A program made the position numbers and the translations under genes. Positions 26,991 through 36,995 of a DNA stretch of 64,000 nt are shown one piece after another. This DNA is from an uncultured virus (IMG/VR IMGVR_UViG_3300009376_000009) (taxonomy: Duplodnaviria; Heunggongvirae; Uroviricota; Caudoviricetes). Each line of letters begins with the position of its first letter. Within the stretch, counting starts at the first letter, position 1. The notes beneath the pieces are model-generated. The model saw only the letters and a list, made by a program, of their open reading frames with translations, ran no database searches and had not been told where the DNA came from. The DNA lies in the IMG/VR virus record IMGVR_UViG_3300009376_000009. One strand, written 5' to 3'.

Positions 26991-27859
26991 CGTTAGCGAC
27001 AGCAGCACAATCAGAAGCATCTTCCTACGTTCCCGATGCCGAGGATTTCCTTAGAGTCAGTAAATCATCTTTGATGACGTATCTCATGTGTCCTCGTCAA
27101 TTCTATTGGAGGTATGTAGCAGGACTCCCTTCCCCTCCCCCTACTGAGCCTATGATTAGGGGAGGTCGGGTTCACTCCGTCTTGGAAGACGGACTTCTCA
27201 AAGGGCCGGACTCTATACCGGCTTCGGCCATCGAACACCAAGTTAGTGACGACCCTGCGATAGACTCCATGCAAATCTTGCTTCATCAGATAGCGCATGA
27301 CTTGGGTTCTTTTGAGGTATTAGAGGCCGAAGTGAAGCACGAAATCTACGAAAACTACGAGGGCAACGATGTGATATGGGTTGGTATGATTGATGGTCTT
27401 CTGAAAGTTGAGGGCTTAGGCGTCGTCATTGTTGAGTTGAAGACAGGGAAGATGAACGTTGGTAAACTCGGACGCACACGCAAGGAGTTAATCTACTACC
27501 GTCGTCTATTGGAAATAGGCTTCTCTCAGTCAGAATACTACGAAGAGCCGACCCATTTCCTCTACCTTTCCCCCGACTATCTACCCCCCGAAGACGGAAG
27601 TGAAGATAAGTTGCTTCTTGAGGGTAACAAGCGGGGTAAACGATTGTGGCTTGGTCCCGAACAAGGAATTGCGATATTGGAGCCAATCGGTCAGCGTAGT
27701 ATCAATGTTTTCTCACAATCTTTATCCGACACTATGCAACAGTTGAAACTCCAACAATGGCCTATGAAGTGGAGCGATTACTTCTGTCCGTTGTGGTGCG
27801 AGTTTTGCATGAATTGCGAGGCTGAATTAACAGGCGAAACTGCTAACTTCTTGGAGTGA
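26972..27859 (+). CDS. Cas4-like PD-(D/E)XK exonuclease
   Basis: S.S....Y..CPRQ, G..VH..LE, GMID, VELKTG and a C-terminal Cys cluster. Confidence 0.9.
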   Translation: MEVEKVTLATAAQSEASSYVPDAEDFLRVSKSSLMTYLMCPRQFYWRYVAGLPSPPPTEPMIRGGRVHSVLEDGLLKGPDSIPASAIEHQVSDDPAIDSMQILLHQIAHDLGSFEVLEAEVKHEIYENYEGNDVIWVGMIDGLLKVEGLGVVIVELKTGKMNVGKLGRTRKELIYYRRLLEIGFSQSEYYEEPTHFLYLSPDYLPPEDGSEDKLLLEGNKRGKRLWLGPEQGIAILEPIGQRSINVFSQSLSDTMQQLKLQQWPMKWSDYFCPLWCEFCMNCEAELTGETANFLE

Positions 27860-27863
27860 GAAT

Positions 27864-28037
27864 ATGTCCGAAATGAACAGGGTAAAAGTAACCTGCGCTT
27901 CCTGTGGAAAGGATGATGATTGGGAGGGCTTTGAGGATATGGTTCGTGTGACCGGCCAAGAAGGGAGTAAGCCTGAAATGATTACTGTTGGTGGTTGTGC
28001 GTGTGGTCATCAGCAACAAATCCAAATGCCGGAGTAG
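27864..28037 (+). CDS. 57-aa Zn-ribbon protein (not in ORF track)
   Basis: MSEMNRVKVTCASCG...GCACGH with a GGAGTGA Shine-Dalgarno. Confidence 0.7.
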   Translation: MSEMNRVKVTCASCGKDDDWEGFEDMVRVTGQEGSKPEMITVGGCACGHQQQIQMPE

Positions 28038-28042
28038 TTTTC

Positions 28043-29047
28043 ATGTTAATTCAATTTCCACGAGAGATAGGTTTACGCCGTAACATTTGCGAGAGCAGGG
28101 ATTCTTTCGATTCGTATGTTACCAATCTCAACGGCAAGGCTTCTTGCTACACGAGCCTCTACGCCTTCGGCAAGAGGCATCCAATTCGACGTCACAAGAT
28201 GGATATTGAGTCAGTAATTATTGACCGTGCGTGGTGGGATTTTGATACCCCGGAGGGGGGTAGCCTGTCTGACGTCAAAGAGGACGTAGGATTGCTCCTA
28301 AATAGGCTTAACGGCGACGTTCGACTCGTGTTTACGGGTCGTGGATTTCACGTTCACCAACTATTCACAAAACCTGTCTTTGGAAGGGCAATTTCAAAGC
28401 ACATTGAGAGGTATCAACGAGAGGTTGCTTATGACCTAAAAACATTGGATGGTGTAGGGCATCCTCAGAAATTGACTAGGATTCCTGATACGTGGAACCC
28501 CACACGAGAAAAATGGTCGGTCAATGTTTGTGCTAAAAGTTTTGCAGCGAACCCTTTGACCTACAAGATTCCCCCCATGCCTGACCCTCGCCTTGCCTAT
28601 CTTGACCCATTCAGGGGAGAAGTCAGAACATCTGATTTTGATATTGTTCAATGGATTAGCGATAATCCGATAAAAGACCTATCTCCTATCATCACGGAGT
28701 TTAACGGAGAAATCGGAAGTATCGAACAAATCCCAATTCCGCCTTGTCTTGATAGGGCGATACGTCACGAGAACCCAAAACATTTCGTTAGGGTGGCTCT
28801 TGCGCAACACTTAGCCGAGAATCTTCGTTGGTTCGCACACCCCTCTACGCTCACGCCTGAGCAAAGGCGAGATATTGTAGAAAAGATGGTTGCGTTCATG
28901 GCGACGTTAGAATGGAGGGACTTCAATCCTGCCGTCACGCGCTTTCATGCGGAGAGTCTTGTTGATTACGAGAAATCCCCTTCATCTTCATGGTATTTCA
29001 ACAATGGGCTATGTGACGGCCACGATTGTTGGGCGCACCAACACTAA
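28043..29047 (+). CDS. Archaeo-eukaryotic primase with fused PriL-like C-terminal domain
   Basis: WWDFD, FTGRGFHV, TRIPDTWN, and C-terminal PPCL...H..R. Confidence 0.9.
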   Translation: MLIQFPREIGLRRNICESRDSFDSYVTNLNGKASCYTSLYAFGKRHPIRRHKMDIESVIIDRAWWDFDTPEGGSLSDVKEDVGLLLNRLNGDVRLVFTGRGFHVHQLFTKPVFGRAISKHIERYQREVAYDLKTLDGVGHPQKLTRIPDTWNPTREKWSVNVCAKSFAANPLTYKIPPMPDPRLAYLDPFRGEVRTSDFDIVQWISDNPIKDLSPIITEFNGEIGSIEQIPIPPCLDRAIRHENPKHFVRVALAQHLAENLRWFAHPSTLTPEQRRDIVEKMVAFMATLEWRDFNPAVTRFHAESLVDYEKSPSSSWYFNNGLCDGHDCWAHQH

Positions 29048-29065
29048 TTCGGAGGTAAAAGTAAT

Positions 29066-29209
29066 ATGACTCTAACAAGACTCTCCGCAAATGCCCCTTG
29101 CCCTTTCTGTGGAAGCACGGCAGGCCTCATTGACCTACATGGTTCAATGACCTGTGTGACTTGCAAACAGAAAGTCGAAGGCTGCTGTGGCGGCAATTGC
29201 AATATCTAA
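29066..29209 (+). CDS. 47-aa Cys-rich Zn-finger protein (not in ORF track)
   Basis: CPFCG...HG...CVTC.....GCCGG with a GGAGGT Shine-Dalgarno. Confidence 0.75.
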   Translation: MTLTRLSANAPCPFCGSTAGLIDLHGSMTCVTCKQKVEGCCGGNCNI

Positions 29210-29279
29210 TCGGTTTTTTTAACGATATTTCCATCGTTACAAAACAACCTTTTATGTAGACTTAGGCTTAGGCTTAGGT

Positions 29280-30029
29280 ATGCTGCTCATAGATGACCGC
29301 GAGAACCCGAAACTAATCGCCAAATTGCTCATGCGAATGGGTGACGCCAATCAGTCAGACGAGGGAGAGGCGAAAGTCCTCCGAATGAAAACTTCCGATT
29401 ACCGCATAGGTGATTGGGGAATTGAGGCAAAAGAAATCAACGACCTATACCGTTCTATCTTGGGTATCGGAAGAAGTAGGACAATCATAACTCAACTCCG
29501 AGAATTGGAAGAAGGAGTAGAGAAGCCTTTCCTCGTGGTTTATGGAACTCAACTCAAGCCCTATGTGCGTGGTAACCCCAAGCGCAAGACTATGGCGATA
29601 GAGATAGCCCGGATGAAACAAGTCACCAAGCAATTCAAACTTACATTCTATCAGAGATTTCCCAATATTCAATACATGGAATTACTGACGATGGATGATT
29701 TCGTGGAGTGGTTGATAATCAACCACACTCAATTGAATGTTGCGGCTAAAACTAAGGAGAGCGATTTGCCGTTGGACGTTAAGAAGAGTTTAGAGAAGAG
29801 TAAGTTGGATTCAAGGATTGCTGTTCTCTCATCTGTGCGTGGTGTTTCACCTAAGCAGGCCGAAGCCCTCTTAGAGAAGTTTGGTAGCCTACCTAAGATT
29901 CTCCACAGCAGACAAACTCAGAAGGCTCTTATGGAAGTAGAAGGTATTGGGAGAACGAAGGCGAGAAATATCTTGGCTCTCAGGGACAAACTCATTGATG
30001 CGGACGGCAATCAGAAAAAGTATTACTGA
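29280..30029 (+). CDS. ERCC4/XPF (Hef-type) nuclease with HhH domain
   Basis: IDDRE, SDY, IEAK...DL..SI..GR, and a double HhH (RGVSP, EGIGRTKA). Confidence 0.9.
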   Translation: MLLIDDRENPKLIAKLLMRMGDANQSDEGEAKVLRMKTSDYRIGDWGIEAKEINDLYRSILGIGRSRTIITQLRELEEGVEKPFLVVYGTQLKPYVRGNPKRKTMAIEIARMKQVTKQFKLTFYQRFPNIQYMELLTMDDFVEWLIINHTQLNVAAKTKESDLPLDVKKSLEKSKLDSRIAVLSSVRGVSPKQAEALLEKFGSLPKILHSRQTQKALMEVEGIGRTKARNILALRDKLIDADGNQKKYY

Positions 30030-33000
30030 TACGGCCTGAACTCATTCGTTTGTGACTTACCTTGCATACCTGCTCTTCTGAAATGGAGTTGAAGGTCGTG
30101 GAAGATTACAGAGTCTTGCGTTGCCGTATCATTAGCCTCATTCCTTCGGGTGAGAGTTACCTTTAGCCTATTGTTTGGTGTATTCGCCCCGCTTAGGTTG
30201 TTGGTAGGGATTAACTCGATATTCTGCCTGCTCGTATTGGTGGGAACGGGTATTGCCCTTGTGAGTGAGGCTCCTGTATCAACACATTCGATAGTGATTT
30301 GAACGATTGCTTTCCCTCCTGTTCCTCCTTCCCCGCACGAAACTACCGCAGAGAGAGCGATTTCCTCAGAGATTGCATCAGATGGAACAGAGATAATCGT
30401 TTGTAGAGAGGCCTTATGGAATACTGTGCTTTCCTCAGAAGGGTGTGTACCGCTTGGGGGTAGACTATACCCCTCATCAGACATAGTTGTCGTCCCGGCG
30501 TCAATCTTCAAATCGGTATTGTCGTTGTAGGGTTTCATTACCGAAGGTATAGACACAGGTTTCTTTTGACCCAAAACTGAGAATTGTCCTTGATGACTGA
30601 ATGAATCACCGGCCAAATCCATGCGTCCTCTGATATTCCCATAAGCGGCTGATGATAAGTCATTGATTGCACTTCCTACTCCAAAGTTAGTTGTTCCTGA
30701 TGCTTGGGTTACTTCCTGAGTCCCACCCAACGGCATATTATCTGTGGAGTTGGAATCAACTTCTGCCCCCACAGTTATACTTGGCCCACTTGTATTCTGC
30801 ACGTGATAACCCGGCTCCGCAGGTGGAGGCGGAGGCGTGGGGAAGAGATAGGAAATAACAGAATCTACTGCTTTTGATTCGTCCTTCTCTAACTGTAACC
30901 TAACCTCAATTCTGTCGGGCCTTATCTTATACATGACCTTCTGAATTACCAAAACTTCTGACGATAGGTTAAGCCCTGCGTCTGTGAGAGTAACATAGGT
31001 AGCGGGGGTGTATGCGAAGTCAGGAACAATGTGTAATCTTGGGCCATGAAATGCTGCCCTGCTTGAGAACGTTAAGCATATCTCTCCATATTCTCTGACT
31101 CCAAGTGGGAAGATGCTGTTCGCGTTGTACGCAGAGAATGAAGAGTGGCCTATTACATCATGCTTGTTCTTCAAGACGTCTGCTCCTGCTGGATTGCCGC
31201 ATCGGTGTCGCAAGAGAGCGCGGCAATACTCTGCATTGAAGGAGATTACAAACTTGGCTCCGTCACTATTGAGAGAGGACGAATAAGATTGAGGGACAGT
31301 AATCTCGTAGAATCCACTATGTTTTACCGTAACTGTTTGCTCCCCATTGGTTGCTTTGCTCGCAATTAGAGTGGGGCCGCTACCTCCGGTTCCCGAAGAC
31401 GTAGAGAAAGCATAATCTGTTAGTCCAACAATGAACTCAGCGTTGTCTATGTCCGTTCCTGATTGTCCGTTCTTGAGAGCAACCCATACTCTCAGTTCAT
31501 TACTCGTAGTATCGCTATCAAGAGGGCATCGCTTAGGCACATGGACTATTTGCGTGGCGTAAGAGAGAGATTTCGCCCCATACCAATAGAAATTGTCGTC
31601 CCATGCTACATCATTCCCTGCTACAACCGTAGATTGACCGTATCGGTGATATATGTCCGTAGACGTTTTCTGATTGCCGTCAAGAGCGTTTACCATACCG
31701 GAGAAAGGAACGCCACCTGTCCCTACTAACGTCCAAGCGCGGTGTCGGTCACGTGGGACACTTGAAGAGTCCTCATCGTAGTCTAACGTGCCTTGTAGGG
31801 CAATCTGAGGGTCGGCTATGTAGCCATATCTACCATCAGTCAGCATTGGTTCGTGGTCTGCGCTATCTAAGCGAGGCGCGACCAATAGAGAGAGGGCGGG
31901 GGTGTTTAATGTTTCATACTCAGCCTTTGCTACCGCCAATGCTTCTTCATGGCTTTTAACTTCCGGGCTTTGAACCACTTTCCACTTAGCGGTGCTTGTG
32001 AATGGGGTAGTAGTTGCAGGCCAATCCACGAAAGAAAGAGCGTCATCGTAGTAGACTCTCACCTTGTCTATCTGTCCCTCAATATCCATCTTCATGTTGC
32101 TAATATTTATGTTTGCTCTCGTCAGAGCAAGACCGGAGTTATACTTAGGTCTAAACTCTATCCTTCCATCCCTCCCCTGTAAGAAGCAGAACGAAGTCTT
32201 GTATGTGTCGCCTACACCTGAGCCTTCTTGTATTCTACTGAGTATGCTACCGAAGTCCATATTGCGAGTATCTAAGGGTGACCCATAAGAATCCGTATTT
32301 CCTACCGTTCCATCCACAGTCATATTAGACGTAATTGGGACATTGTTAATATCGAAAGTGGTATAGAGTTGAGTAGGAGGCAGCCATTGACGAACAAGTG
32401 CGCTATTCCATAGTAATCTAAACTTGTCGCTCTCATAGTAACTTCCTGAGTTGGGTGATTTTGCATATCCATCAACCTTCATCATAAGTCGCAGCATATA
32501 CTGACTACTAACTGATGAGTTAACAGTAATATCATCAAAGTCAGGCTCACTTCCTTCAATACTCATAGTCATATCTATGCTTCTATCAGCGTAAGGAACA
32601 TTGGAGAGTTGTGCTGCTAATTCGTTTTCAACAGCCGAAGGTGACTCAGTAGTAGAGGCGTCTATGTTGTTTGTCGAAGTAGTCCAAACACCATTGAGTT
32701 GTATCGGTATACTGAAGGCATCACCACCACCATTAGAGAAGATAGAAGAAATATCCGTGAAAGAGTTATCGTTCGTTTTACCCGCGCCTGTGGTTTCGTT
32801 TATCCCCCAAGCGACAGGTATACCATACGGAATGTTGTGTAGGTGAGTCCATAACCAACCCCCTTGTATTCCGTCATCGTAATTTCCTGCTCCGGGTATC
32901 AATTTATGCACGAGTAGACTATCATTTGAGGACGAAGTTGTAGCGAGTCCACTAACTGTATACACGACACCACCAAAGATTAGTGCTGCGCCTACATTTA

Positions 33001-36000
33001 CCCCCAAAGTTTCAAAGTTTTCTCCGGCTACAACAAGTTTTTTTCCGATTTTCAGAGAGCCTCCGTAGTCGTATGTTCCGTAGTAAGTGGTATCTGCCGC
33101 AGAAGATGTGGTTTTATCAATAGCAGTTTCTACCTTTCCTGACCACGAAAAGTATCTCTCGGCTATCTGCCTATCTCTTCCTGTTCCTTTCCCGCAAGTA
33201 ATCCTACCTAACCCTGTATCATCAAACTCGCTAACATCATCGCAGACAATATGTGTGTGCCTTTCTTTTAGGTCATTTGTTGCAAGAGTTGCGGTAGTAA
33301 CAAGTCTTCTGCTATTGGGGTGGTGTTCAAAGGGTGGTTGTCCTGTTGTTTTGTAAGAGGATATGGCTTCTGCGTAGTAGTTATCAATCAACATAGGAAA
33401 GCCCTCAACAGTCGCTATGTAATCACCCAAGTCTGTTTTGTTACCGCTTGTCTGCCCGCTTATGCCTCCATTGGTAGCAGTATTGAGGTTGAAGAAAGGA
33501 GAGGTATCTATGACTATGAATGCCCCACCTTTCGATTCCCAATCTTGATAGACTGCTTCATCTACATGAGAGCCAGCAATAGGAGCATAACGGATGCCTC
33601 CTTGCTCTCCATTATCTGCTCCCTTCCATGTGCCTGCGGCCATGACCATATACCCGCTATCGCTTCCGTCCTCTATTTGGTATGTCCCATTATGAAGGTC
33701 AGTATTGAATAGGTGAATGTAATCCCCGGTGCTAAAGCCATGACTGCTCTTAGTGACTCGGAGTTTTGTATCTGATGAGTTTTCACTTAGAGTTATCCCT
33801 GAAGTAACCGCAGCATCAAAATTAACAGGCTTGGAGAATGCGTTATTCGTGCTTGGGTCGTTTGTGGAATCTATGTTCCAAATATTGTAATCGTCCTTGA
33901 CCTTCAACTCAGTAAACCTATCGGGCGTTCCTTCGGTAGTACTTTGGTCGGTGTAAGAGAGAGAAACCTTGTAGTTTGTGCTTGATGGGTATAGTAACCC
34001 AAACTCTTCTTTCCGTGTTGCTCCATCAGCATTTGCTGACCCGTTGTTTCGCATATCAGACCATAGGAGCCAAATATGTTTGTAGTCATTCTTGACGTTA
34101 AGGGTATACACCCTCGTTGGAATAGATGTGCCTTCAAAACTTGCTGTTGTAGGATAGGAGCGACCAATATATTCACAGCCAACCAAGTATCTATCGTTAC
34201 CCGTAGCATACTTTCCTCTGTAAATGAATGTTGTATAGCCATACAGAGGATGATGCAACTGTCCTATTCCACTATTCGGGGAATCATCATACAAATCGTT
34301 ATCTCCTGTTGAAGAGATTTTGACGTTGCTTTGGTTTACCCCTACTGTTGCTATCAAGTTACCATACGCTATCGGTGTAGATTCAATCTGACCGAAATGG
34401 TATTGGAACCATAGAGATTGGGGAAGGTCTTGCATCCAACGGGCATGGACTGCTCTACTTGTGGTATCATAGGTTGCTGATGGAACAAGACTTGTTTGGC
34501 CTGTGTCTTTTGACCATTGTAGACGGTCACTTGAGTCTGTTAGGTCATCAGAAGTATACGTTCCAAACTCTGCTCCGCTACCATAGAGAGTTTCGGTTTC
34601 GACTAACCATACATAATCCCCCGACAATACAGTTGGGTCAAAATAATTGAATGACTTGCGAATAGTCTTGACTTTGTGAATAACATCTGTGAACGTAGTA
34701 TCGCTATTTGATGTGCCTCCTTGATACTGACCCACGAAAAACTTGTCGCCAACTTTTAGGCCGGGGTTTGCATCGAAGATTACGTGATAGAAGGGGGTTT
34801 CGTTGTGAGGGGCAGCAGGATGATAAGCACGGACAATAGTTTGGACGATTTCAGGCCTATCGGCTATATCAGGAGTTATCCATGTGGGCTTATACTTCCC
34901 TGCATACGCTATGAGTCCTGACCCGGCGGTAAAGTTGATATGACTTTGGTTGAAGTAGAGTTTCTGATTTGTCCCAATATCTTCTGTCGCTGTGGGTGTG
35001 ATTGATGCCCCGTTATGAGATGCTGAGTTTGTAATCGTAACGGCCCCCGAAGACCATCCGGGGTCACCCGCCAAGAGCATTACGGTTCTCACCGCCCCAC
35101 CGTTATATTCCTCACCTATTCCTGTAACTGCTACTCCATCGTATGCGTCCCAAATAGAGTTAGGCCCGAAAGTATCTTCATTGGTATACATCTGTATTGG
35201 GTGTCCTGAACCCATCTGAGTCCTTTGGTCTGTTCTCTCTACATACGTATCATCTACATCAAATCCTACTGTTGGCTTCAATTCTTTTAGTTTCCTGACC
35301 CCAAGATACATAATTTCATTGAACCCTTCGGCATCATGCAGCCAATATGGGTTTGAGTCTTCATCACTATCAAGCCCTGACTGTCCTATTTCCCACATGG
35401 GTAACTGCTTTGCGAGTCCTGAGAGTCTATCAATCCCCTCTACGGAAATTACTCTCCCCCCACCAACAGACTGTCCTACGTTTACCTGAGATATAACCCC
35501 ATTCCACAGAGGTCTATCAATTCTTGCGCTTCCTAAATCGTTAGCGAAGAACAGAATATTCCAATCGGAAAGAGAAGAAGATAAGAAGATATTTTTCAAA
35601 TGGTGTGAAAAGTCAGCAGTAGACGTTCCGTCATCATCAACTTTGTCGTCGTAAACTTTGAAACCTAACTGAGATGATTTGTTGATAGGCGACTCCATTC
35701 TGAGGTCATTGATAGGAGCCATTTCTCTGCTATCAGGGTGGTCAGTTAAGGGGTGATAAAGGGCTGCCCTATCTACGAAGAGAGTGATAGACGAGGCGTG
35801 GGTGTAACTTGCCGTTGGAAGTGCTGTAATTTCCCAACCGTAGAGTTGTTCAGGAGTAATCGTGAAACTTCCTGTCGTTTGCTTCAATACCCCATCTTGA
35901 TAGACCTTGTATTGATTGTTGTCGTAGTCTAAGACCACATCAATATCCAACCACGAAGCATCGTTATCAACAGCAGAGGCAGTAGTAGAGCCATCATAGA

Positions 36001-36985
36001 GAAGGGGGTGCATAGTATACGCAGACAAATCCACATCATACGACACAACCGTAGTCGCTAATCCATTATCAAGATTCGCTGCTGCCGGAGCAGCACTCCC
36101 CAATTTCAAAGTTACTCTTGGGATAATTGTACCGTTGTTCGTACCGGTTATTCCCGTCAATGCTCTGACTGCTAATCTGACTGTGAATATGTCCTCATTG
36201 AGTTTACTGTTCAGAGTACCGTCGTAGCAAATTGCAACTTGGCTACCGGCAGAGTTATGCTGTTTATGGAAAGATTGAATGCACAAGAATGGGGTTTTCG
36301 CAGGAGAAGTGAGTGGGGCGAACACATCATGGGGCGCACCAACGTCGTCAACATCTTCGCTCGTATTCACAATCCTTTCACCCGTCCACACCCCTGCAAG
36401 ATGCGCTCTTTGCACAAAGTTTCCTGTGGACGAAGTCATCTGTCCCGAAATCGAATAGTTGGAAGACTCAAAGTTAGCCTCCGTGTAGTTTTTCATAGAG
36501 GCGCGACCAAAAGTGGCGTCGTTATCTCCCGTAGCCACGATGTAGCGTGTTGAAGAGTCGAAACTATTGGAAATCAGTTGATAGCCTTCTGAACCTGCTG
36601 TTCCATTTGCGCCATACTTACCCCTATTAGGAATATGACCATCAGGATATTGTAACTGCGCTCGACCTTCCCACTTGTTAGGATTTTGTCGGATAATATC
36701 GTGTGATACCCACTCGTAAACCCCCTTATTACTGAGCCTTTTATTGGTTGTAGTAGAGAGAAAGGCGCTGCCTATACTTCTATCTCTATCCGCAAAGCAC
36801 CAACGGTAACGGGGATTCAGAGTTGCTTCTCCATTCATAGGATTGCCGAAGTGACTTTTTGCATGGTCGTAATCAGCAGTAGCACTTGGGATATTTTCGT
36901 CATCAGGGATTGCCCGCGCCCCTGTGAAATCGTCGTAATAGCCCGCAAGCCATATTCCGTAGTTTTGTGTTACTGACCTAACCAT
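30023..36985 (-). CDS. Large tail-tip / baseplate hub protein (2320 aa)
   Basis: Directly downstream of the tape measure gene. Beta-rich with tail-hub-like segments (DGRIEFRP, IDKVRVYY). Confidence 0.7.
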   Translation of the reverse strand: MVRSVTQNYGIWLAGYYDDFTGARAIPDDENIPSATADYDHAKSHFGNPMNGEATLNPRYRWCFADRDRSIGSAFLSTTTNKRLSNKGVYEWVSHDIIRQNPNKWEGRAQLQYPDGHIPNRGKYGANGTAGSEGYQLISNSFDSSTRYIVATGDNDATFGRASMKNYTEANFESSNYSISGQMTSSTGNFVQRAHLAGVWTGERIVNTSEDVDDVGAPHDVFAPLTSPAKTPFLCIQSFHKQHNSAGSQVAICYDGTLNSKLNEDIFTVRLAVRALTGITGTNNGTIIPRVTLKLGSAAPAAANLDNGLATTVVSYDVDLSAYTMHPLLYDGSTTASAVDNDASWLDIDVVLDYDNNQYKVYQDGVLKQTTGSFTITPEQLYGWEITALPTASYTHASSITLFVDRAALYHPLTDHPDSREMAPINDLRMESPINKSSQLGFKVYDDKVDDDGTSTADFSHHLKNIFLSSSLSDWNILFFANDLGSARIDRPLWNGVISQVNVGQSVGGGRVISVEGIDRLSGLAKQLPMWEIGQSGLDSDEDSNPYWLHDAEGFNEIMYLGVRKLKELKPTVGFDVDDTYVERTDQRTQMGSGHPIQMYTNEDTFGPNSIWDAYDGVAVTGIGEEYNGGAVRTVMLLAGDPGWSSGAVTITNSASHNGASITPTATEDIGTNQKLYFNQSHINFTAGSGLIAYAGKYKPTWITPDIADRPEIVQTIVRAYHPAAPHNETPFYHVIFDANPGLKVGDKFFVGQYQGGTSNSDTTFTDVIHKVKTIRKSFNYFDPTVLSGDYVWLVETETLYGSGAEFGTYTSDDLTDSSDRLQWSKDTGQTSLVPSATYDTTSRAVHARWMQDLPQSLWFQYHFGQIESTPIAYGNLIATVGVNQSNVKISSTGDNDLYDDSPNSGIGQLHHPLYGYTTFIYRGKYATGNDRYLVGCEYIGRSYPTTASFEGTSIPTRVYTLNVKNDYKHIWLLWSDMRNNGSANADGATRKEEFGLLYPSSTNYKVSLSYTDQSTTEGTPDRFTELKVKDDYNIWNIDSTNDPSTNNAFSKPVNFDAAVTSGITLSENSSDTKLRVTKSSHGFSTGDYIHLFNTDLHNGTYQIEDGSDSGYMVMAAGTWKGADNGEQGGIRYAPIAGSHVDEAVYQDWESKGGAFIVIDTSPFFNLNTATNGGISGQTSGNKTDLGDYIATVEGFPMLIDNYYAEAISSYKTTGQPPFEHHPNSRRLVTTATLATNDLKERHTHIVCDDVSEFDDTGLGRITCGKGTGRDRQIAERYFSWSGKVETAIDKTTSSAADTTYYGTYDYGGSLKIGKKLVVAGENFETLGVNVGAALIFGGVVYTVSGLATTSSSNDSLLVHKLIPGAGNYDDGIQGGWLWTHLHNIPYGIPVAWGINETTGAGKTNDNSFTDISSIFSNGGGDAFSIPIQLNGVWTTSTNNIDASTTESPSAVENELAAQLSNVPYADRSIDMTMSIEGSEPDFDDITVNSSVSSQYMLRLMMKVDGYAKSPNSGSYYESDKFRLLWNSALVRQWLPPTQLYTTFDINNVPITSNMTVDGTVGNTDSYGSPLDTRNMDFGSILSRIQEGSGVGDTYKTSFCFLQGRDGRIEFRPKYNSGLALTRANINISNMKMDIEGQIDKVRVYYDDALSFVDWPATTTPFTSTAKWKVVQSPEVKSHEEALAVAKAEYETLNTPALSLLVAPRLDSADHEPMLTDGRYGYIADPQIALQGTLDYDEDSSSVPRDRHRAWTLVGTGGVPFSGMVNALDGNQKTSTDIYHRYGQSTVVAGNDVAWDDNFYWYGAKSLSYATQIVHVPKRCPLDSDTTSNELRVWVALKNGQSGTDIDNAEFIVGLTDYAFSTSSGTGGSGPTLIASKATNGEQTVTVKHSGFYEITVPQSYSSSLNSDGAKFVISFNAEYCRALLRHRCGNPAGADVLKNKHDVIGHSSFSAYNANSIFPLGVREYGEICLTFSSRAAFHGPRLHIVPDFAYTPATYVTLTDAGLNLSSEVLVIQKVMYKIRPDRIEVRLQLEKDESKAVDSVISYLFPTPPPPPAEPGYHVQNTSGPSITVGAEVDSNSTDNMPLGGTQEVTQASGTTNFGVGSAINDLSSAAYGNIRGRMDLAGDSFSHQGQFSVLGQKKPVSIPSVMKPYNDNTDLKIDAGTTTMSDEGYSLPPSGTHPSEESTVFHKASLQTIISVPSDAISEEIALSAVVSCGEGGTGGKAIVQITIECVDTGASLTRAIPVPTNTSRQNIELIPTNNLSGANTPNNRLKVTLTRRNEANDTATQDSVIFHDLQLHFRRAGMQGKSQTNEFRPYQ

Positions 36986-36995
36986 ACTCTCACTC

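Noticed and set aside
26972..27859. Cas4 as evidence of a CRISPR system
   Set aside because: It is a solo Cas4-like nuclease in a replication cluster, common in archaeal viruses.
29261..29278. (CTTAGG)3 telomere-like repeat
   Set aside because: Only three units, lying in a promoter spacer.
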